The position numbers and the translations under genes were made by a program. Shown here piece after piece: positions 56,029 to 64,000 of a DNA stretch of 64,000 nt (positions are counted from its first letter, which is position 1; each line of letters starts with the position of its first letter). The notes beneath the pieces are model-generated. The model was not told the origin of the DNA. It saw nothing but the letters and a program-made list of their open reading frames with translations, and made no database searches. Source of the DNA: a bacterium (GTDB lineage Bacteria; Spirochaetota; Spirochaetia; Treponematales; UBA12059); assembly GCA_035530295.1 (NCBI GenBank), contig DATKVB010000025.1:114552-178551 (forward strand). Direction: 5' to 3'.

Positions 56029-56990
56029 AGAATGGGCGCCCCGGATGGCTTTTCGTCGCGCTGCTCGTTGTTGCGCTGCTTGCCGGCGTGCAGTTGGCCA
56101 TGGCGCAGGGCGGGGCGACGGGACACGCTTCTCCGGTTGTCATCGACACGATACGCTTCGATCCTCCGACCTTCGCTCCAGGCGTTCCGGTAACGGTTCA
56201 GCTATCGGTGAAACCGCTTGCGGCGACGTGGACCGAGGCAACCCTGTCATCGGGGTTCGCCGACCCGGGTCGGTTCGGACCGCAGATACTGTCGGCTACG
56301 GCGACCAGGCGTGGCGGCATTGGACGCGATGCCGCTAGCCCCCTCATCTCCGTGCGCTTTGTCGCGTGGAAACCTGGCCCTGGCGCCTTGCCGGCACTGA
56401 CGCTTGGCGGGCTCCTCGTTCCATCGGTGCGTTTTGAATGCCAGTCATCGCTGGTGGCCACAGACAGACGCACGCCTGAACCATTGCCGCAGCTGGACCC
56501 TCCAGGGTTGCACACACAGCTGTATATGCTTGGTGGTGCGGTGATCCTGGTAGCACTGGGAGTGATCCTGTTCGCGACGCGGCTGGTTCCCTGGCTGCGC
56601 GCGCTCGCTGACCGCTGGGCTTACGCGCAGGCTCGCAGGGAGTTCGACACGATGCTCGAACGCCTTGAGCATGAGACCGGAAGCGCCGAAAACTGGGCCG
56701 TGTTCTGTGCGGGACTCAGGCGCTTTGCCGGAAGCCGCGCACGTCTTGACCTAAGCGCTCTTACCGCGTCTGAACTGGCCGCCCTGGGTCCTGACGCCAT
56801 TCCGGGTGGTGTCGGGGCGGAGGCATCCGCGCTCGTCTCCATTGGGGACGAAGTCAGATTTGCCGGCCGCTCCGGCCCACGCCTCGCCTCCGCAACGGCG
56901 CGAGCCCGCTCCCTGGCCGACGCGCTCGACCAGGCTACCGATCCGCGGCGCCAGAATATTCAACCGAACGAACATGGCGGCGCAGCATGA
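56025..56990 (+). CDS. Bat-operon hypothetical membrane protein
   Basis: Signal peptide, PG.GALPAL, TM segment, ALTASEL, DEVRFAG; translationally coupled in the operon. Confidence 0.65.
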   Translation: MKNGRPGWLFVALLVVALLAGVQLAMAQGGATGHASPVVIDTIRFDPPTFAPGVPVTVQLSVKPLAATWTEATLSSGFADPGRFGPQILSATATRRGGIGRDAASPLISVRFVAWKPGPGALPALTLGGLLVPSVRFECQSSLVATDRRTPEPLPQLDPPGLHTQLYMLGGAVILVALGVILFATRLVPWLRALADRWAYAQARREFDTMLERLEHETGSAENWAVFCAGLRRFAGSRARLDLSALTASELAALGPDAIPGGVGAEASALVSIGDEVRFAGRSGPRLASATARARSLADALDQATDPRRQNIQPNEHGGAA

Positions 56991-58003
56991 TATCGTTCGA
57001 GCATCCGGCCGCCCTTGCGCTCTGCCTGGTGCCGCCCGCCGTGGCCTTGCTCGCCTATGTGAGCCGCCACGCGTCACGCAGGCGCATCATGGTGCCGCTC
57101 GATATATGGGGCGGGCCCACATCGATCGATGCGCCCGGACCGTGGCGGACTGCCCTGTCACTTTCAACCTTGCTCTTTGGCCTGGCGTGGATGGCGCTCT
57201 CGGTGGCGGCCGCGGGCCCGGCCCAGGAGGAGCGTCCATCGATGGTGACCAAATCGGGGCTCGATGTGGTGTTCATTCTAGATACATCGCCGAGCATGGC
57301 CGCGATGGATCTTGAACCCACCAGGCTCGATGCGGCGAAGGCACTGGTCAAGGCCTTTGTTGATAATCCGGAAGGCGCCGCTGGAGCCGCCGTTGGGATC
57401 GTGGCGTTTGGTGCCGAGGCTGCTCTAGTCTGTCCCCCGACGACCGACTACGCGACCGTTTCTCAGAGGCTGGAAGCTGTCAAACCAGGCGTACTGGGCG
57501 ATGGCACCGCCATCGGTCAGGGCTTGACCAGCGCATTGCGGCAGATCATCGCCTCTGGCTCGAAGAGAGCCGCCGCGGTACTGCTCAGCGACGGCGAGGA
57601 CAATGTCGGGCTCATCCATCCCAACGACGCGGCTGCCGCGTTCGCTCGGCTCGGAGCCACACTTATCGTGGTCGGCCTTGGCACCAAGGGCGATGTACCG
57701 ATCGATTATGTGGATCCGGCCACCGGCCAGCGCATGAGCGGCGAATATCGGTCGGGGTTCAGCGAGGAGGCGCTGTCGTCGCTGGCCAGGCTTGGCGGCG
57801 GCGAGTATCGATCCGCTGTAGACTCCAAAACACTGGGCGCGCTCCTGTCCGAACTGGTCAAGCTGGACACTCAATCCGATCGATCAAGACTTGTGAGGAA
57901 TCCAGTACGACGCCCGCTTGGACGCCCACTGATTGTGGCGGCGATGATGCTGGTGGCGCTCGCGTGGTCGCTCCGGCGTCTGGTGCTGGGAGGGCTGGCA
58001 TGA
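56987..58003 (+). CDS. BatA-like vWA membrane protein
   Basis: MISFEHP N-terminus, LDTSPSM.A.D..PTRLDAAK, CPPTTDY, DGTAIGQGL, LLSDGEDN. Confidence 0.85.
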   Translation: MISFEHPAALALCLVPPAVALLAYVSRHASRRRIMVPLDIWGGPTSIDAPGPWRTALSLSTLLFGLAWMALSVAAAGPAQEERPSMVTKSGLDVVFILDTSPSMAAMDLEPTRLDAAKALVKAFVDNPEGAAGAAVGIVAFGAEAALVCPPTTDYATVSQRLEAVKPGVLGDGTAIGQGLTSALRQIIASGSKRAAAVLLSDGEDNVGLIHPNDAAAAFARLGATLIVVGLGTKGDVPIDYVDPATGQRMSGEYRSGFSEEALSSLARLGGGEYRSAVDSKTLGALLSELVKLDTQSDRSRLVRNPVRRPLGRPLIVAAMMLVALAWSLRRLVLGGLA

Positions 58004-59022
58004 CCCTGGACAGCCTGCGAGCCTTCTGGCCGCTCGCGCTTCTCGTACCATACGCGCTGTTGCAGGCTCGATTCCTGGGCGCGTTGCGATCACTGCCCGC
58101 GGCGTTGGGATCCCCGCATGATTCGGCACAGGCCTGGCGCCGGTATGTGGCAAGGCGCCGCCTGTCCGCGTGGTGCGGTGCCTTCTTCTGGGTGGCCTGT
58201 GTGCTGGCCTTGTCCGGAGCCATCAGGATTCCACGGTATGTGTCGGAACGGGTCGACGGCGCGGAACTCGCCCTTGTGATCGATGCTTCCAACTCCATGT
58301 TGACCCCCGAAGGGACGGGCCGGCGCCTCGACGACGCCATAGCCTTCGCATCGAGATTGGCCTCGTCGGTCGATGGAGTCAGCCTTTCGCTCGTAGCCTT
58401 CCGTGGTGGAGCGGTGACGCTGTGCCCTTCCACGCGTGACCGCTACGCCTTCAATGATGCCCTTCGCTATGTCGGTCCCGCCGTTACGACAGCCTCAGGA
58501 TCGGATGTCGGCGCGGCTCTCGATGAGGCTCTCCGTCCGCTCACCGATAGTGGCTCTGTTCGCCTGATTATGCTGCTGAGCGATGGCAACGATACCGGTG
58601 GATCGGCGCGGGAGGCGAGCGCACGGGTCGCCGCGGCAGGTGCCAGACTCGTGTTGATAGGCTTTGGAGACGATAGAATGCGGCCCGTTGTCGATGCCGC
58701 TGGCGCGCGCGTGCTTGATCAAGCCGGTTCCTCCGTCTCGACGCAGCTGGCCGAGAATTCCATGGCGGAATGGGCGGCGGCCGGCAAGGGACTGTTCGTG
58801 CGGGCTGACGAACCTGGCGCCTACTCCCGGGTGGCGCAACTGTGCGTCGGCGCGGCGGGATCCATTGGCCGGCGCCATGATGTGCGCGTCGATGCTGAAG
58901 CATCCTCAGCGCTTGCGCTGGCCGCCCTCGTGATGCTGGGCATGGCCTTGGCCCTCGCGCTATCGCCAGAGTGGCCGCGTCAGACCAAGCACGATATCGG
59001 CAGGAGTCGCAGGGATGCGTAG
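58000..59022 (+). CDS. BatB-like vWA membrane protein
   Basis: IDASNSML, LVAFRG, LCP.T.D, GSDVGAAL, LLSDGND. Confidence 0.8.
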   Translation: MTLDSLRAFWPLALLVPYALLQARFLGALRSLPAALGSPHDSAQAWRRYVARRRLSAWCGAFFWVACVLALSGAIRIPRYVSERVDGAELALVIDASNSMLTPEGTGRRLDDAIAFASRLASSVDGVSLSLVAFRGGAVTLCPSTRDRYAFNDALRYVGPAVTTASGSDVGAALDEALRPLTDSGSVRLIMLLSDGNDTGGSAREASARVAAAGARLVLIGFGDDRMRPVVDAAGARVLDQAGSSVSTQLAENSMAEWAAAGKGLFVRADEPGAYSRVAQLCVGAAGSIGRRHDVRVDAEASSALALAALVMLGMALALALSPEWPRQTKHDIGRSRRDA

Positions 59023-59626
59023 CCGAACCTTGCTTGTGCGCGTACTCGCATTGGCGACCGTTGCGGCTGGCTTGATGGTCATGCTCGGCTCATGCGGCTC
59101 CGTACGCGGTTTCATGGTTGCTAAAGCCAACAGGCTCTATCGCGACGGGTATGACCACGATGCCGCGGCACTGTACTTGAGAGCTGGCGCCGGACACGAT
59201 CCGGTTGCGTCGTACAACCTGGCCAACGTCTTTGTCACGCTTGGAGAGTCAGAGTCTGCCCGCGTGCTCTTCGATACCGCCATATCGAGCGGAGATAGCG
59301 GCGTCGCAGCGAGGTCGTGGTACAATATCGGCGTCAACGCGTTTCTGGGCGCCAGGTTCGCAGAGGCTACCGACGCCTTCAGGAAGGCGCTCGAAGCCTA
59401 TGCCGGCGGCAAGTCCGAGCCGGCACTGGGACATGAGCTGTCCAGGGCATACGAATTGGCTCTGGCTGCCGAATCGGACAAACCAGACGCCGGAACGGTT
59501 GAACGTGATCGGTTTGGTGTGGGCGGCGCGTCGGGAGACATCGAGTCGCTCACCCTGTCCACCATGAACGAGCGGACACTCTTCGCTCCGGGCCATCCGG
59601 AAACCGGATCCATGGTGGATCAATGA
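59015..59626 (+). CDS. BatC-like TPR protein
   Basis: ASYNLANV, SWYNIGV, EA..AFRKAL, YELAL. Confidence 0.75.
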   Translation: MRSRTLLVRVLALATVAAGLMVMLGSCGSVRGFMVAKANRLYRDGYDHDAAALYLRAGAGHDPVASYNLANVFVTLGESESARVLFDTAISSGDSGVAARSWYNIGVNAFLGARFAEATDAFRKALEAYAGGKSEPALGHELSRAYELALAAESDKPDAGTVERDRFGVGGASGDIESLTLSTMNERTLFAPGHPETGSMVDQ

Positions 59627-61398
59627 TGGTGCGGCCATCCACGCGGCCATGGTCCTTGGCCCTTGTCACCATCGTCTCGGTGATGGCTGTTGCCGCCCAG
59701 CAAGGGCGCGTTGTTCGCATAGAACCAGAGAATCCCGCTCCTGGCGCCGTATTCATCGTTACCGTAGAACTCACCGATGTCCAGGCCGGCCGCGTCGTTG
59801 CCGTCGAGCCGGTCGTGGTTGGCTCGGCGCTGTATACCGGATCGGACATCAAGCCAGGGCCGGTGAGCGGCGGCCAGCCTACGACCATGGTCGCCTATCG
59901 ATTCGTGGCCGGAGCTCCCGGACGGATTGAGATCAGGAACCTGGCGGTGACCGTTGGGACCCGCGCCATAAAGCTTGGCACCTGGTCGGTGGACATCGTC
60001 GGAGCGACACAGGCGCCGGTCATACGGCATGGCACCTGGCGGCTTCCAGACTCTGTCTGGAACAGAGAGGCGTTTGTCGCGACCGCGATGGGACCGGATG
60101 GCAATCCTGTCATCTGCCCGACCTTCGCGGTACCAGGAGCCGTTGTTCAGCCGGTCGATGGCCGACCAGGCAGCTTCATGGTTGTTTCAATGGATTCTGG
60201 AACAATCAGCCTGCCCGCGATGACTCTGCACGACGGGCGCGGCGATTTTGAACTGGACGCCAGGCACGTCCGTATCAGGGCCTTGCCTGCGGGGGCCAGT
60301 GCCGCCGCGGCGGTCGGCGGTTCATGGCGCCTGGAACTGATGGCGCCGCGCCCGGATTCCATTGCCGCCCCGGGAACCGTGATGTCCTGGGAACTCAGGG
60401 CGTACGGCACAGGACTTTTCGGTTTTGCCAATAGCCCACGGATTTCGGTCGCGGGCCCTGGCGAGGTCAGGGTCGATGTCAGCGGCGGCCCGATGTTCAC
60501 CGGGACACGCGGGAATGAGCGCTACATCGGAGCCCGCGGCAGCCTGAGCCTGGGTTCTGTCGGCGTCTATACGATCGAGCCGCAGCCTTACCCATGGTTC
60601 GACACGCTGACGGCAACAATCCGCTACGCCAGGGCTCCCTCCGTGAAGATCAGGGTCGTCGCCGAGTCCAGCCCGGCATGGACCCCCACCGTGGAAGACA
60701 GACAGCTGGCAAGAAAGGCGGTTGCTCATGCGCGCGGCACCACATGGGACGCGGTAGTCCTTGCGGCCGCGAAGGACGCATGGCCAGCCGCACATGACGC
60801 GGCCTCTGTGGCGGCGGGAGTCGGGAGGGCGCGCGGAGCCCTTGCGGCCGCGCGGCTGCAACCAGGCGAGTCACTGGCTGCCGCGGCGACCAGCCTGATG
60901 GCCGGTGACCGGGCCGAGGCGTATGGCATGCTGCTCAGGCTACAGAAGTCAGCATTCCCGCCACCGGAGGCATCGGCTCTTGTTTCCATTGCTGCCGCAT
61001 CTTTTGGTAACCTTCCGCCACCTCCGTATGTTTTACCGCCGTTGGGTTTGCCGCTGGCTCTTGGGATTGTCAGCATGGCGCTCGCTGCCGCTTGGTATGG
61101 TATCCGGGTGGCACTGGTGCGTTCATGGAACATACCTCGTGCGCCAATGGCGGCCCTTGTCCTCGGCGTAGTGCTGTTGGCGCTCGCGGGGGCATCGGCC
61201 CTGGAACGACGGGGGCAACGCATCGTGGCACTCGGCGGCGTGGGCAGGTCCGTGCCATCAGAGACATCCGCCGGCGGATTTCCACTCAAGCCTGGAAAGA
61301 CTGGCCGCGTGCTGCAATCAGCCGATGTCTGGCTTTTGGTTGAACTCGATGGTGGCGGCCTGGCATGGATAACCCGTGGCGACGCGGTCGTATATTGA
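59623..61398 (+). CDS. BatD/BatE-like exported membrane protein
   Basis: Signal peptide, beta-rich repeats, PWFD, C-terminal TMs and SH3-like WLLVEL.GG..AWI; last bat-operon position. Confidence 0.55.
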   Translation: MMVRPSTRPWSLALVTIVSVMAVAAQQGRVVRIEPENPAPGAVFIVTVELTDVQAGRVVAVEPVVVGSALYTGSDIKPGPVSGGQPTTMVAYRFVAGAPGRIEIRNLAVTVGTRAIKLGTWSVDIVGATQAPVIRHGTWRLPDSVWNREAFVATAMGPDGNPVICPTFAVPGAVVQPVDGRPGSFMVVSMDSGTISLPAMTLHDGRGDFELDARHVRIRALPAGASAAAAVGGSWRLELMAPRPDSIAAPGTVMSWELRAYGTGLFGFANSPRISVAGPGEVRVDVSGGPMFTGTRGNERYIGARGSLSLGSVGVYTIEPQPYPWFDTLTATIRYARAPSVKIRVVAESSPAWTPTVEDRQLARKAVAHARGTTWDAVVLAAAKDAWPAAHDAASVAAGVGRARGALAAARLQPGESLAAAATSLMAGDRAEAYGMLLRLQKSAFPPPEASALVSIAAASFGNLPPPPYVLPPLGLPLALGIVSMALAAAWYGIRVALVRSWNIPRAPMAALVLGVVLLALAGASALERRGQRIVALGGVGRSVPSETSAGGFPLKPGKTGRVLQSADVWLLVELDGGGLAWITRGDAVVY

Positions 61399-61408
61399 GG
61401 AGTCGCTG

Positions 61409-61906
61409 GTGGATTTTGGCGATATTCTAAAGCAATGGGATACGATGGCCCGCGTGCCCCCGGCATCAAAACGCCTCGAACAGCAGGATGTTCGTTCCAC
61501 CAAGGAGTCCGCGAAGGCCCAGACGGCATGGATCGATGCGTACGGAGTGCCCGATCCCGCGGAGCGTGATCCCGCGCCGACTGACCCGGTTCATCCAACC
61601 AGGAAGGATATCGAGTGCATGCCTATAGATGCCGTACTCGATCTGCATGGCATGACGACAGCGGAGGCAGAGCTGGCCCTGGAATCGTTCTTTGCGACGG
61701 CGGAACGATCAGGGTGCGGAAAAATCCTGATAGTGCATGGGAAGGGATTGCATTCGGAGTCCGAACCGGTACTAGCGGCATTCGTCACAAGATGGCTCAG
61801 CAGGCGTGCCTCCGCCGGACGTTCAGGGTATGCCACACGGGACAAAGGCGGCAGAGGCGCTACATGGGTACTGATGAAGGATGGCAGGAATCAGCGTTCG
61901 CGGTAG
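61409..61906 (+). CDS. Smr/MutS2-domain protein
   Basis: [26 protein letters not shown] start after GAGGAG. Confidence 0.9.
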   Translation: MDFGDILKQWDTMARVPPASKRLEQQDVRSTKESAKAQTAWIDAYGVPDPAERDPAPTDPVHPTRKDIECMPIDAVLDLHGMTTAEAELALESFFATAERSGCGKILIVHGKGLHSESEPVLAAFVTRWLSRRASAGRSGYATRDKGGRGATWVLMKDGRNQRSR

Positions 61907-62112
61907 ATGATGCGTCCTCGCGAAAGGTCATACGGAGACAGGGCCACACGGACCGTATCGCCTGGAACGATTCTGATATAATGCTTTCGCATCTTGCCCG
62001 ATAGATGAGCCAGAATGAGATGTCCGCCGTTCTTGAGCTCTACTCTGAACATGGTGTTTGGTAGGGCTTCGCGAACGATACCCTCTACCTCTATGGCTTC
62101 TTCCTTGGCCAC
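61891..62112 (-). CDS. infA: Translation initiation factor IF-1
   Basis: [45 protein letters not shown]. Confidence 0.97.
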   Translation of the reverse strand: MAKEEAIEVEGIVREALPNTMFRVELKNGGHLILAHLSGKMRKHYIRIVPGDTVRVALSPYDLSRGRIIYRER

Positions 62113-62183
62113 GATGCCTCCTAAAAAGAATTACGACGTCTCCATTGCACGGAGCGTCCTTGGTAGTATACTTGAGCCCTATA

Positions 62184-62258
62184 ATAGTACGGACCGTGAG
62201 CGGACGTGTCAACACGGGGTGCGGACCGGTTGACACATGACCGCGATCCATGAATAGT
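62184..62258. promoter_or_regulatory. Back-to-back divergent promoters of infA and dksA
   Basis: Minus strand TTGACA-N17-TACTAT (62212-62184); plus strand TTGACA-N17-AATAGT (62230-62258). Confidence 0.55.
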
Positions 62259-62347
62259 AACTCGCTCGTCCGAATGGACAGAGCGTCGTCCGCACATGGG
62301 AGCGGGCATTCTGACGAAGTGGATACGAGATCAGCGAGGAGGGTCCA

Positions 62348-62704
62348 ATGGACAAGGAATTCACCGAGAAGATGCGGGAATCGCTTACATCGATGAAGCA
62401 GGAGATCCTCGACAAACTGGTAGCCACGAATGCGGATTTCCGTGCCATCGTCGAAGAGATGGATCCTAAGGATTTCGCCGATGTGGCATCGGATGATGTC
62501 GACCGGAAGATGATAGAGGCTCTTGGTTCTCAGGATCTCAAGCGTCTCAGATCAATAGAAGCGGCTCTTGTCCGCATACAGCAGGGCCGCTATGGCCTCT
62601 GCATGAAGTGCTCTAAAAAAATACCGCAGGAACGGCTCGAGGCCTTGCCGTACGCGGTGCTGTGCATCGATTGCCAGAAGAGCGAAGAGCGCCGCAACAG
62701 ATAG
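62348..62704 (+). CDS. dksA: DksA/TraR C4-type zinc finger protein
   Basis: DFADVA coiled-coil tip, IEAAL.RI..G.YGLC..C...I..ERLEALPYA.LCIDC. Confidence 0.9.
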   Translation: MDKEFTEKMRESLTSMKQEILDKLVATNADFRAIVEEMDPKDFADVASDDVDRKMIEALGSQDLKRLRSIEAALVRIQQGRYGLCMKCSKKIPQERLEALPYAVLCIDCQKSEERRNR

Positions 62705-62716
62705 GATCCTTGGGAA

Positions 62717-63622
62717 TCATCGGTCCAGCGGCATAGTGAATCTGCCGTTTGGGCCGATTGCGGTCAGCCTATCATAGCCAGCCTTCGCGGCGATGCTGAG
62801 TCCGGCATCACGATGAGCCATCAAGTGCTCGGGAGCATGGGCGTCCGCGTTGACACATATCGCTATGGAATGCGCCCGCAGTTCCTTGAGCACCCAGAGT
62901 GACGGGTATGGCGAGTCAGTCTTGCCGCGCGCCATACCGCCGGTATTGATCTCGACTATGATATCGGTACCGGCAAGGGCGTCGACGACCATCATAGCGG
63001 CAGCGCGGTAGCGCTCCGAACGTTCACTGAAGCGCGACTCACCCCGGTTGTTCTTGCGTATCAGGTCCATGTGCCCGAGGATGTCGAAACCACCGGCCCT
63101 GACGCTTGCCGCGACCGCGGCAAAGTAGTCGTCAACCAATCTGTATATGTTATCATCATAGAAATGCGCCAAGTCTCTCGAGAAACGAGCCTCGGATTCA
63201 TCGACGGTAAAACCGAAAGCCGGATTGCCTGTAGGTCCTGGTTCGAGAGATGCCGGACCGCTTATTTCACCCGGTGTCACGTAGTGTGTAGAGCCTATCG
63301 TGTAGTCCAGTCCGGCATCGGCAAACCTCCCGTCTGATGGGCCGCAGAGGCCATCAATATAATCGATCTCAAGGCCAACCAACACTTGCATGGCTGGCGC
63401 ATGTTCTCCCATCAGAGAATGCTCGCGCCCAAGCGCGCGGATGGCATCGACATATTCCGGCAATCTGGCCAATCGCAGGTTCCATTTGGTGTCGAACGGC
63501 AATGGCGCGTGTGAAGAAAAGCCAAGTATGGAGAATCCCTGGTCTCTGGCTGTCTGGGCCATGACGGCGGCCGTAGCCTTGCCGTCGCAGAACTCGCAGT
63601 GGGTATGGTAATTAGTCAGCAT
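62717..63622 (-). CDS. PHP-family histidinol-phosphatase (HisJ-like)
   Basis: NYHTHCEFCDG, GFSSHAP, GLEIDY, IGSTH, GHMDL, EINTGG, YPS, NADAH. Confidence 0.85.
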   Translation of the reverse strand: MLTNYHTHCEFCDGKATAAVMAQTARDQGFSILGFSSHAPLPFDTKWNLRLARLPEYVDAIRALGREHSLMGEHAPAMQVLVGLEIDYIDGLCGPSDGRFADAGLDYTIGSTHYVTPGEISGPASLEPGPTGNPAFGFTVDESEARFSRDLAHFYDDNIYRLVDDYFAAVAASVRAGGFDILGHMDLIRKNNRGESRFSERSERYRAAAMMVVDALAGTDIIVEINTGGMARGKTDSPYPSLWVLKELRAHSIAICVNADAHAPEHLMAHRDAGLSIAAKAGYDRLTAIGPNGRFTMPLDR

Positions 63623-63680
63623 GAGGCCAGTATAGTCTGCCGCCGGACACATGCTCAACGCGTCCGCGCATTCTGTTCGT

Positions 63681-63795
63681 TAGTTCGTCGAACCTTGGTG
63701 CTGACTGGAAGACGATACCATGGGTGGTGGCATCGCATCGTGGGAGGCCGATGATATTGTAGCTCATGAAGCCCGCTGCAAGCTTCGATGAACCA
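63681..63795. mobile_element. 115-bp MITE-like element, copy 2 (inverted relative to copy 1)
   Basis: GTTAGTTCGTCGAA (63679-63692) and TGCAAGCTTCGATGAAC (63777-63793) are exact reverse complements of the ends of 22298-22412; same total length. Confidence 0.6.
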
Positions 63796-63839
63796 GGATC
63801 CTGTTTCTGCAATGCGCCTCTGTGGTGTAGAATCGGCGT

Positions 63840-64000
63840 ATGTCATACCGAACCGGATTCTTCTTGAATCGCGCCATCGATGGCGCCTTTGAACAATGGG
63901 ATCGCGAACGCGACGGTCTGTTTGAGGAACTGACAAGCCCCGAGGTGTCGACGACGTTTGCTTTCTCTCGATGTGTGCCCTCCTGGAATGCGTCGTTGCC
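63840..64000 (+). CDS. Possible 5' end of a gene running off the window
   Basis: TAGAAT-N6-ATG, then an open frame MSYRTGFFLNRAIDGAFEQWDRERDGLFEEL... to the edge; no recognisable motif. Confidence 0.3.
   Translation, partial: MSYRTGFFLNRAIDGAFEQWDRERDGLFEELTSPEVSTTFAFSRCVPSWNASL

Noticed and set aside
54131..61398. moxR-DUF58-vWA-TPR cluster as a novel system
   Set aside because: It matches the known Bat operon organisation described in Bacteroides and spirochaetes.
63655..63936. 93-aa minus-strand ORF at the window end
   Set aside because: No motif or RBS, and it runs across the 115-bp element and a promoter.

Overview
GC-rich bacterial chromosomal segment, most likely from a free-living anaerobic spirochaete. 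This assignment is inferred from a stand-alone mtEFG1-like EF-G, a cNMP-TPR/CRP gene pair, a Bat operon and the style of the FliM/FliG motifs. Most of the window is housekeeping or metabolic: GntR-MBL-TRAP, argG, nitronate monooxygenase-like, mazG, potABCD, P5C dehydrogenase, ROK kinase, amidohydrolase, iorAB-tnaA, fusA, a LarA-like gene, moxR-bat, smr, infA, dksA and a PHP phosphatase. Four parts stand out. (1) An integrase-less defence islet downstream of tRNA-Thr(CGT), about 22.1-29.9 kb, holds tRNA-end repeats, a 115-bp inverted-repeat element with a second copy at 63.7 kb, a frameshifted kinase, MNT-HEPN, Vsr-Dcm-MvaI/BcnI, HIT, hicBA and a 12x21-bp array. (2) An orphan flagellar C-ring module (AraC, SPOA-like, FliN and a FliM-FliG fusion) lacks the CheY- and FliF-binding regions and has altered torque-helix charges. 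(3) A Ser/Thr kinase-metallophosphoesterase-FHA-vWA operon is headed by an unknown-domain gene whose divergently transcribed paralog is fused to an HU/IHF-like domain. (4) Several genes have the promoter geometry of leaderless mRNAs. All calls are by-eye motif recognition; no database searches were run.
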